From a virus (Duplodnaviria > Caudoviricetes): a DNA stretch of 64,000 nt. The DNA is taken from positions 65,292-129,291 of IMG/VR virus record IMGVR_UViG_3300032225_002102; one strand, 5' to 3'. Of this stretch, positions 21,501 to 31,278 are shown piece after piece. The notes beneath the pieces were generated by a model. That model did not search any database. It saw only the letters and a program-made list of their open reading frames with translations, and was not told where the DNA came from. A program made the position numbers and the translations under genes. Each line of letters opens with the position of its first letter. Position 1 is the first letter of the stretch.

Positions 21501-23569
21501 AAGAAAATAATATATTATTAGCAGAATTTTTAGGATATACACAACCACATCCTAATTATCTAAATACATATTATTGGTATAAAGAAGGAGAACCACCACT
21601 AACTATTTTAATATTTGATAAAGATTGGAATTGGTTAATGAAAGTTATTAAAAAGATACTTAAGATATCATTAGAGAGAGATAATATGGAACAATATTAT
21701 GAAATAACAGATAGTATTCCTAGTTTAAGTACTACTTATGAAGAATGTATAAATTTTGTTAAACTGTATAATCAAAACAAAGATGGAAAGAATTTTAATT
21801 AAAAGAACTAAAACAAATTTAGAAGAAAAAGAAACTTTATCCTTTCATGGGATAGAGTTTCCTACTTATATAAAATGTTTTGAAAAGTTTTTTGATGATA
21901 AAGAAAAACTAAAATATAATCAACATGATAAGATAGAGATTGTTGATAAGCAAGTTAGAGAAGAGTATTTAAAATGGGAAGATAAACATATATACAAAAA
22001 ATGAACAAAGAATTAGAAGAAGCTGCTGTAAGAAAATATGGAACTTCTATATATGAGTATGAACAAATTGATGCCTTTATCGAAGGTGCTAAATGGCAAG
22101 CTGAAAGGATGTATAGTGAAGAAGATATGAGAGAAGTGTTGTTTCATGCATTATATACACCAAAAACAGATGGTTATATTGAAAAAACAATTGACGAAAT
22201 AGTTAGGGAAACAATGTCAACATTTAAAAAGAAATAAGATATGAAACAAGAAACACTTGAAGAAGCTGCTAATAGATACAATTCACAATTTATACAACAA
22301 AATGAATTTGCTATTGAAGATTTCATTAATGGTGCTAAATGGCAACAAGATAGAATGTATAGTGAGAAAGATATGAGAGAAGCAATAATTTTTGCTTTGG
22401 GTGGGATGTATGGTTATCAATGGGGTGAAGAAGGTGAAACAGAGAATCAAATAAACAAATATTTACAAGAATTTAAAAATAAATAAATATGACACCAAAT
22501 TACGTTTTTAAAGATAAAACAAAAAATGGTAAACCTAAAATTATAGATAACAATAAATTTGTTATTGCAACTGCTCCAGATTTTACCGAAAATTCCGAGG
22601 AAACTATTGAGAGACTTATATTATGTTATAATTTACTTTATAATTTCCCAATTCAAACGCTCAGAGAAATACCATCCTTTAATTACAAAGATTTTAAATA
22701 AACAACTTTAAATAACCAAACCAATGGAAGCAAATTTAAAAGCGAAGGTTTTAATCTATCAATTTTCAAATTGTGATAATGATGAAATGTATATTGGTAC
22801 TGCAAAAAAATGTGCAATTATATGCGTTGATGAGATACTAAATGCAAGCATGTCACACTTTGATGATTCTTATGTAATTTATTGGGAAGAAGTAAAATCA
22901 GAATTATTAAAATTATAAACCTTAAACAACTAAAACTATGGATTACTGTTTATCTGATGGAATACCTACCTATTAGGAAGAAGTAAGGTATGAAATAGCT
23001 CCGTGTTTGTCACAAATATATTACAATTTTGTGACAAATATAATATAATTTTTTAATTATATTTACATTATAAAATAATCTTAAATATTATGAAAGATAT
23101 ACTACATAGAGTAAAAGTTTCATTTTCTATTGCAAGCAATTTGATTATTAAGTTGCAAGACGAAAATGCTCAATTAAAATGTGCATTATTAGAAAATGAG
23201 TACATTCAAGAAAAAGGATTTAAATTTAATGAACAAGATATGATTGATTTTGCAGAATATGTAGCTTCATATTCAGATAAAAATAGAAATATTCATAATC
23301 AAATGCTTCATGCTAAATCCAAATATGATGGAGCTGAAAGAACAATTGATTTATTAGAAATTTGGTTAAAAGAATTAAAAAAAAATAATATGGACAGCAA
23401 GCAAAAAGCAAAAGAACTTATTGAAACGTTTACATTTAATTGTAGAGAATGTGATAATGCAAAACTATCAGCTTTATTTGCAGTTGATGAGATATTAGAT
23501 CTAGATACTGGAGATAGTTTAAATAAAAATTACTGGGAAGAAGTAAGACAAGAATTATTAGCAACTTAA
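21497..23569 (+). CDS. Cluster of small modular/paralogous hypothetical proteins (21497, 21756, 22001, 22241, 22489, 22724, 23090)
   Basis: Shared motifs LEEAA..GAKWQ..RMYSE.DMRE (22001, 22241) and KAK.LI..VDEIL..YWEEV (22724, C-terminus of 23090). Confidence 0.7.
23006..23038. promoter_or_regulatory. Perfect 11-bp inverted repeat (operator-like or hairpin)
   Basis: TTTGTCACAAA-N11-TTTGTGACAAA, intergenic. Confidence 0.45.
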
Positions 23570-23575
23570 AATAAA

Positions 23576-24091
23576 ATGAATAAAAACCCACTAGAAGTAA
23601 CTCAACAAAAAGAAACAGAATTAATTACTCAATTAGGTAATCATTTGTTAGAGAAAGGATTTAATGCAGATAATACAGTAATAGTATCAGTATCTGGAGA
23701 TTACTCTTGTATTGTAGGACAAATACTAAGGCATTCATTAAGCAGTAATGGAGAAATATGTGATGGATTTAGTATAGATGTACCTTATCCTGATGAAACA
23801 TGGAATGATACTTATATAACAGAGTTAAAGATTCTATTTAGGTTGTATGCTTATAAGTTAAAAGATAAGAATATATTATTAGTAGAAGCTGGTGTTATCA
23901 GAGGTAGTAACTATAAGTTTATAATAGATTATCTGAAAAACAATTTAGGTATAACTAATAACATTTTAACATTAGCACTATTTGAAAACTCTGGTTCTGT
24001 TTTTAAATCTGACTTTGTTGGAGAGTATTATGATGATAATACACAAGATTTAACTTTTTGGTGGGAAATGTATAATAAACATTGGAAATAA
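23576..24091 (+). CDS. Type I phosphoribosyltransferase-like protein
   Basis: PRPP-loop-like KNILLVEAGVIRGS; C-terminal FWWE. Confidence 0.6.
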   Translation: MNKNPLEVTQQKETELITQLGNHLLEKGFNADNTVIVSVSGDYSCIVGQILRHSLSSNGEICDGFSIDVPYPDETWNDTYITELKILFRLYAYKLKDKNILLVEAGVIRGSNYKFIIDYLKNNLGITNNILTLALFENSGSVFKSDFVGEYYDDNTQDLTFWWEMYNKHWK

Positions 24092-24144
24092 TATGAAATA
24101 AACAGCAAAAGAATACTATGAACAAACATTTAAAGTAAAATAAA

Positions 24145-24426
24145 ATGGAGAAATTTAAATATTCAATTCAAGGTAAAATAACAGTATGGGATGAAACTAC
24201 TTATACATTTCATGCTGAAAATAGAGAAAAAGCAGAAGAGATTATTAGACAAGTATCTCAAGAAGGTATATAGAATATTAAAGATGATAACTTACAATTG
24301 GAATTAGATAACTATGAATGGAAAATATTAGAAGATACAATAGGAGATTTAAATTCAGATTTACAACCTATTGAAATCTATGATGAGAGTGGAGAAATAA
24401 TTGAATCAACTTATAGAAGAATTTAA
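24145..24426 (+). pseudogene. 93-codon gene interrupted by one in-frame TAG (24271-24273)
   Basis: Open on both sides of the amber; ends immediately before the UDG ATG; resembles 19118-19339. Confidence 0.6.
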
Positions 24427-25278
24427 ATGTATTATTATCGTAGTGAAATTATTAACAATTATTGGGAAGTTCCTCTCTATGTTTGCAAGAGAGGACTTTC
24501 TTCTGGTTTAATATTAGTTGAACCAATTGATAAAAAAATGCAAACAATACCTAACTTTTTGTTAGAAGATTATATTAATGAAGATGATTCAGAATACAAA
24601 AAAGTATTTATCCCAAAAGAAAACGAGCTCTATACAATATCGGATTATGAAACTCGTTTATTATCTAGGTTTCATTATTCTTGGTTCAATATTCTTAGGG
24701 AATATTTACTTACAGATAATTTTAAGAATACAATAGCAGCTACAATTAAAGAAAGAAAAACTTCAGAAGTATTTCCAGAACCTACTCAAATCTTTTCAGC
24801 ATTTCTAACAGATTATCATTCAATTAAATGTTTATGGTTAGGATTATCTCCTTATTTTACCAAACAGAATGGAATTAATGATAGTAACGGTTTTGCATTT
24901 AGTACTTATAATAAGAATAAAACTGCAAGTTTAGAAGTACTTCAAGAAGGAATTAGAAAAGATATGAAATATGGTTTTAATTGGGTTTTAAAGAACGATT
25001 TATTTCATTTGAACCAACAGGGTGTAATGTTATTAAACTCTGCTCTAACAACCACTTCTGATGCTAATTCACATATACTTTTATGGAAAGAATTTATTCA
25101 ATATGTAATTGATAAGTTAGATGTTCCTGTAATAGCTTTTGGTAAAGTAGCACAATCATTTCAATTTAGAAATAAAGTGTTTAATGTATATCACCCTGCT
25201 TATTATGCTCGTTCTAAATCAGAACCAGATTATACCTGTTTTAGTAAATTAAATGAAACTTTAAATATTGAATACTAA
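24427..25278 (+). CDS. ung: Uracil-DNA glycosylase family 1-like, atypical active site
   Basis: VFP, GLSPY (canonical GQDPY), GFAFS, QGVMLLN..LT, SH...W, FG..AQ, HPA. Confidence 0.8.
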   Translation: MYYYRSEIINNYWEVPLYVCKRGLSSGLILVEPIDKKMQTIPNFLLEDYINEDDSEYKKVFIPKENELYTISDYETRLLSRFHYSWFNILREYLLTDNFKNTIAATIKERKTSEVFPEPTQIFSAFLTDYHSIKCLWLGLSPYFTKQNGINDSNGFAFSTYNKNKTASLEVLQEGIRKDMKYGFNWVLKNDLFHLNQQGVMLLNSALTTTSDANSHILLWKEFIQYVIDKLDVPVIAFGKVAQSFQFRNKVFNVYHPAYYARSKSEPDYTCFSKLNETLNIEY

Positions 25279-26034
25279 TGAAAATTATTGTAACAGATAA
25301 CAGTGATTCAAGAGTAATTATTTATAATATACCAGATAAGAGGATAGATTTATTAGTAAATGATGAAACTGATTTATCAGAAGTAGTAGAAGATTTATTA
25401 TCTGATTATCATAAACTATCAGAAATTAGTTGGATGCAACTAGAAGATGATTTTACTATAGAGAACATTGAACTTTAGAAAGGCAATATTAACAAAATTA
25501 AAACAACAAAATTTTGAGATTTCATCAAATTTATTGGATAAATATTATTACTTTTGGAAAAAAGAAACTAATTATCCTTATACTAAATTTGATGGATTTC
25601 TTGATTTTATTGAATTGAATGAAGTATTTGATGATTTTTGTGAAAAACTTAAAAAATATATAGAAAATGGATTATAGATTAATTATAGGAGCAATACTAA
25701 TTCTAACTGGTATTCTCATAGAGGTTGTATATTCTCCTCGATTAGAATTTGTAAAAGAAAAAATATTATTATTTTACAACTTACCTTTTAGTAATAAAAG
25801 AGTTTACAAAATACTGAAATGAACTATCAAGAAATAAAAAAATTTTTATCTAAGCAATTAGTAAATCCAAATATGGATAAAGAATTAGTTTCTAAACTTA
25901 TGAGTGTTATAACTTGGATTCAAAAAGATGAAGAAATAAAATCTAATAATTTTAGTAAATTTACAGATGAAGAATTAAAAGAAATAGGAATGAGATTACA
26001 TAAAAAATTTCAATCTGGATTAGAAATAAAATGA
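25278..26034 (+). CDS. Small hypothetical proteins (25278-25478, 25468-25677, 25819-26034)
   Basis: ORF track. Confidence 0.55.
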
Positions 26035-26436
26035 AAAAACCTTATCCAATTAATGGTATAGAACAAGATGTAATCTATGCTAGAAAAATTCTATGTATAT
26101 TAAAAAATAATACAAAACTTGTAAAATTTATTAAACAAAAAATGAATAAACGTTTTAGAAAATCATGGAGACAAGAATTAAAATCTTAATTAGTATTTTA
26201 ATAACTGTAACAGTAGTAGGTTATTTTTTCTTTAGAGAAATGAAAAATGATTATAATAAAGATTTAGAAGATTTTAAAGATGATATGGATAATGATAACA
26301 ATATTTAACAAAGTTTGTAACTATTTTGCTGAGTTGTATTATAGTATTTTTTTACATGACAATGAATGATCTAACTTTAAACTAATTATTTATTGAAATA
26401 CTTTAATAATATATGCTATTATTAAATAATATTTAG

Positions 26437-26444
26437 TATATTTG
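26437..26444 (+). promoter_or_regulatory. Bacteroidota -7 promoter element (TATATTTG) upstream of the BRO gene
   Basis: TAnnTTTG 20 nt before the ATG, in an AT-rich gap. Confidence 0.55.
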
Positions 26445-26464
26445 TATTTCAATTAAAATAAAAT

Positions 26465-27286
26465 ATGTTAGAAACATCAAAAATAATTGTACCTTTTAGT
26501 AATCAAGAATTAACTTCATTTAAATCAAGAAAAAAAGATGAACTTTGTTTTTTTGGACAAGAAGTTATTAAAGTAACAGAACATTCTAATCTTACACAAG
26601 CTTTAAAAGCAGCAGATTGTAAAGTAGAAGAAGATTTTATAGTTATAAAAAAGAAAAAACACCCAGAGATTTTTCAAGATCTTTTTGAATTATTGGAAGT
26701 GACTAATTCAAAATTAGTTGGTTTAGAAGCTAATTTACCAAAAAATATTTTGCAAAAAGCTAATAGAGCCAAATATACTTCTGAAATAACACTGGTTTAT
26801 GAAAGTGGATTTTGGAAATTAAGTTTAGCTAGCAAGTTGCCAAATGGTAAAGAATTACGTAAGTGGTTAGCAAATGAAGTTTTACCTAGTATTCGTAAAA
26901 CAGGTAAATTTATTTTAAGTACAATAGATACAAATACAATATTAGAATCTGCAAAAAGAGAAGTACAAATTCAAAAAAGTAAAGAAATAAATATTCATTT
27001 TTACGAATTAAAAGGACAACCTGAAGTTATAAAATACAATGCTTATAATTGCAAACAAGTAACTGGTATGTATCCCAATGAAGTTAAAACTCATTATAAT
27101 AGTAAAGAATCAGCAAAAGAAATATTAAGAAAAAGAAAACCTGAATTAGCTTCTACAATGTGTTTAAATGATTCTATTATGGTACAAGATAATGGAGTTA
27201 AATTATCAGATTTAAAAGAGTTTGATAAAATTGCAATTGCTTTATTTTGTGAAGCTGAAAAAATAGGTTTGAGATTTAAAGATTAA
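26465..27286 (+). CDS. BRO-N domain (antirepressor-like) protein
   Basis: VYESGFWKLSLASKLP...RKWLANEVLPSIRKTGKF. Confidence 0.85.
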   Translation: MLETSKIIVPFSNQELTSFKSRKKDELCFFGQEVIKVTEHSNLTQALKAADCKVEEDFIVIKKKKHPEIFQDLFELLEVTNSKLVGLEANLPKNILQKANRAKYTSEITLVYESGFWKLSLASKLPNGKELRKWLANEVLPSIRKTGKFILSTIDTNTILESAKREVQIQKSKEINIHFYELKGQPEVIKYNAYNCKQVTGMYPNEVKTHYNSKESAKEILRKRKPELASTMCLNDSIMVQDNGVKLSDLKEFDKIAIALFCEAEKIGLRFKD

Positions 27287-27298
27287 ACAATTAAAACA

Positions 27299-28834
27299 TT
27301 GAATGATTTAGATTACACTTATCTAAGAGCTTTACCCAACTATCTAATTGCTAATGAAAATTATGAAAAGATGAAAGGTAAAACTCTTAGATTATTAGTT
27401 ATACTTACAGGTTTAAAAACTTGGAAAAAGATTTTAGAAAAATGGAATGGTTTTAGTTTACATGAATTAATTTGGTTGGAATATGAAAGATAAAATATTA
27501 AAATGGTGGAATAGAAAATGGGGTGTTTGGGAAAAATATGAAAATATTTATAGTATTTCAAGATTTGGATATAAAGAGGAACTTATTTATATAAAATTAA
27601 AAAGAACCTCTGATGATGGTTTAATTGAATTTAAAATTATAAAATACTGATAAATAACATTGAACAAAAAGAAATGCTTAGTAGGACACTTCTAGAAAAA
27701 AACTAATTACCATCTCGCTGTTATCAACGAGATGGTTTAAAAACAAAACAGGATTAAACTATCTATAACTTGTGAACAAAAAATCAAATAAGCACAAAAC
27801 TAATAACAACAATACTTTGTTATCAGCTACTTTTCTTATCAACAAGGGATTTAAATTGGTAGAGGAAACACCGTTTGAAAATTTTGATATGCCTTACTAT
27901 GCGAAGGAAGGTGTAATACTTTTATTCAACACACCAGTAAATGAATGGAATAAAAGTAATTTCCTTGTAGGGAGTGCTGAAATGAGATGTGGAAAGTATT
28001 ATGCTGTTGTGTTTCGTTGGATAAAAGAGCAAAAAGATCTTATTGAAATTTACAAAGCAGTAAAAGGTAAGGATTTAGATAGTACCAACGAGATAGTTGC
28101 AAGAATTTAAAATTATAAAAGTATGATAACTAAAATATATACTAGAGGTAATTGGAAAAATATTAAACCAGAAACTCCTCCAAAAGATATGAGAGAAGTA
28201 ACCTCATTTGCTGTTACAAATCAATTAAGAAATTTAGTTAAGTTACAAGGTGGTTATTATGTTATTAATAATAAAGGACAATTTGAATTTTTAGGAAGAG
28301 CATTATATTTATTTAGTTTTCAAGATTATTATAATAAAGCAAAATGAAAAATAAAATTATAGTACAAATAATAACAATTCTTATGTTCAGTTTTTTCTTT
28401 TGGTATTTAATATTTGGATTTGTATCTAACGAATTTAATATTTGGAAGTGGGAAATAATAACAAGAGCATTTTATGTAATAATTAGTTATATAACATTTA
28501 TTAGTAAAACTTTGAAAGAGCTATGAAAAGTGAAGTAATATGTGTAAATGCAGAGTTTACACTTGATCAATTAACATTCTGGAAAAAACATGGAGTAGTT
28601 CACCCAGAATTAAATAAAATGTATTGTGTGAGAGATGTTATAGTTCATATAGATAATGCAGGAACAGGTGTATTATTAGAAGAAATTATTAATCCTAATG
28701 TTCCTATTAATACTTCATTTGGGGTAATTGAACGTGAAGTTTCTTGGAATTTAAACAGGTTTCGTGATTTACAGGGATTACCTTTACAGAAAGAAGAAAT
28801 AGAAATTAAACAAACAAATTATACTGAAATTTAA
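27299..28834 (+). CDS. Small hypothetical proteins (27299, 27483-27650 not in track, 27772, 28123, 28344 two-TM, 28523)
   Basis: ORF track plus manual translation. Confidence 0.55.
27709..27738 (+). terminator. Stem-loop
   Basis: ACCATCTCG-N10-CGAGATGGT, short T tail. Confidence 0.45.
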
Positions 28835-28861
28835 TTTTTAATAACAAAAACAAATAAAACA

Positions 28862-29644
28862 ATGAACTTAGAACAATTTGAACAAACAGTAGTACCTACA
28901 TTAAATCCTGATAAATACAGGATAACTGTAAAAGGATTTTTTAGAATGATTAAAGCACAATCTGTATATAAAACAGAATTTCCTTTTAATAATGAATATG
29001 AAAGATATTTTTTAATTGAGAATGGTGTTTACACTCTTTCTGATACTGCTAAAATGGATATTAATGAATCATTCAAATTAGAAGATAATTATAATGGTAT
29101 TACTTTTGAAAAAACAGAAAAAAGTTGTTATGTAAATGTACCCAAAAACAGATTTATTTTAGTAAATGAACAAGTTACAGATAATCTTATTGTAGTAGAA
29201 AAAGATAGAAGTACAAAAGAAGAAGTATTTGATTTAGAATATAATAATGAGTACTTAGTTGAAACAAATAAAACTATAGATACAATAAATACACTAGAAA
29301 CAACTAAAGATTTTTATAAGTTTGTAGCAAATACTTTAGATAATTGTAAGAACACGCTAATTAATAAAGGTAGAGAATATACTGAATCACATTGGTTAGA
29401 AAACTTTGAAGATGCTTGTAGATTTAAAGGATTAGAAATCAATAGTACTAATCTTATTAAAATACTAGATGGTTATAGATTAAAACATCAAGTTAGTATT
29501 GTGAAACTTCAGAAAGATATTGAAAATGGTAAGTATGTTAGTACTGATTTAATCAATGAGAAGTATGTTGATTTAATGAATTATAATCTTATTGAACAAG
29601 CAATTATTCTAAAATATAATCATATCAATAAAATTAGTTTTTAA
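28862..29644 (+). CDS. Protein with C-terminal DUF1599/nucleotide-modification-associated (MazG-fold-like) domain
   Basis: TLINKGREY..ENFE..KH..EKYVDLMNY. Confidence 0.55.
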   Translation: MNLEQFEQTVVPTLNPDKYRITVKGFFRMIKAQSVYKTEFPFNNEYERYFLIENGVYTLSDTAKMDINESFKLEDNYNGITFEKTEKSCYVNVPKNRFILVNEQVTDNLIVVEKDRSTKEEVFDLEYNNEYLVETNKTIDTINTLETTKDFYKFVANTLDNCKNTLINKGREYTESHWLENFEDACRFKGLEINSTNLIKILDGYRLKHQVSIVKLQKDIENGKYVSTDLINEKYVDLMNYNLIEQAIILKYNHINKISF

Positions 29645-30627
29645 TGAGCACATTTTTTATAACACTTGGAATACTAGAATTTATTTGGTTTGTATTTTTA
29701 ATCATGTATGGATTTTTTGAAGCACATTACAGGTATAAAAAATTTAAATATGATAAAATTAAATTGAATCATTATATTTCTAAAGTAATATTGAGTATAG
29801 AATTCATTAGTGTTTGGTTTGTAGGAGCAGTTCTTATACTTTGTGTAGCTGTTCCTGCTACTTTTTTTATGTTTATTTTTAACTTTATTGAAAAATTAAT
29901 TGAGAAATTATGAGAAGGAAAATATTAGTAACTTACTCTGTAAAGTATTGTAAAGAAATAGAATTAGAAGTTAATGAAAATATAAATAGTATATTTAAAG
30001 TTGATACTATTATAACAGCTGATGATTTTCCTACATCATTCACTAATTTAGAAGAACAACCTGAAATTTCTGATTTACCAATTCCTGTTTTAGCAGAAAG
30101 TGAAGGTAGATTTGATTTATTAGAAGTAGAATATATAGATGGTAGTTTTGAAGTTGAATCCTTTGAATTAATAGAAAAATGAAAAATTGTGATTATATAT
30201 TAGTAAAAATTGATGAGAGTGGTATTTGTATATTTAAACCTTATTACAAAGAAGATTTAGAAGATTGGTTTTTAACTAAAGGTGTAAAACAAGAAGAATG
30301 TTTATTCTTAGAAGATTTTGAAGAGTATGATACAGAGTATCCAGATGAGCTGATAAAGTATATTATCATTAAAGGTGAAATTGTTTTACCTAAAGAAGAA
30401 AAAGTTGTAACTAAATTAACGTTGTAAAAATGGATTCTGAAATTAGTAAAAAAGCATTTGAAATTATAAATGAGTTTGCTAAAGTTTTATTTTCAGATAA
30501 AAATAAAGTAGATATAAATAAAATAATTAAATTTAAAATAGTGAACGGAGTTTTAAAAATAAATGGAAAAGATAGTTATTATAAACAAATAAAAAATAAA
30601 AATGAAAATAGAACAGTATCAAATTGA
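29644..30627 (+). CDS. Small hypothetical proteins (29644 two-TM, 29910, 30179, 30430)
   Basis: ORF track. Confidence 0.55.
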
Positions 30628-31117
30628 AGCAAAACGTACCTGTCCTACATTAGGAAGTGATAAATTAGATTTAGCTCACATGGTTCTTGGAATTTTTAGT
30701 GAGTTTGAAGAATTTACACAAGCAGTTAATAATAATGATATGTTTAATAAATCTGAAGAATGTAGTGATATGATGTGGTATATATCAAATTATTGTACTT
30801 TTAGATTTATTAATTTAGATTTATTATGGTATGAAAAAGAATTTAATGGAGAAACGTTTATAATTAATGTTTCTATATTACAAGATTATGTAAAAAAATA
30901 TATTGCTTATAACAGAAACATTAATCCTGAAAAAGAAGAAGAAATATTAAAAGCTATTTTGTATAATATTTCTAAAATGTATGGAATGATTGATGTAGAA
31001 AAATCATTACAAAATAATATTGATAAACTTAAAGTAAGATTTCCAGATAAATTTTCTGAAGAATTAGCAAATAATAGAAATTTGACATTAGAAAGAAAAA
31101 AACTTGAACAATTATGA
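30602..31117 (+). CDS. mazG: MazG-like nucleotide pyrophosphohydrolase
   Basis: YQ..A.RT, HMVLGI.SE..E, EECSDMMWYI, NIDKLKVRFP. Confidence 0.8.
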   Translation: MKIEQYQIEAKRTCPTLGSDKLDLAHMVLGIFSEFEEFTQAVNNNDMFNKSEECSDMMWYISNYCTFRFINLDLLWYEKEFNGETFIINVSILQDYVKKYIAYNRNINPEKEEEILKAILYNISKMYGMIDVEKSLQNNIDKLKVRFPDKFSEELANNRNLTLERKKLEQL

Positions 31118-31275
31118 TAACTAAACTTAGTTCAAAACAATTAGAAGAGATTATTAAATTAGTTGGTAAAGCTTATCAAACTAATATTGATAAATCAGAA
31201 TTAGATTTTACTAGAGAAGCAAAAAATCAGGTAGCTACATATTTGCAATTACCTGATTTATTTAATTATGAATAA
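31114..31275 (+). CDS. Hypothetical 53-aa protein, last gene of the + arm (not in ORF track)
   Basis: ATGA overlap with mazG; MITKLSSKQLEEII...FNYE. Confidence 0.55.
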   Translation: MITKLSSKQLEEIIKLVGKAYQTNIDKSELDFTREAKNQVATYLQLPDLFNYE

Positions 31276-31278
31276 TTC

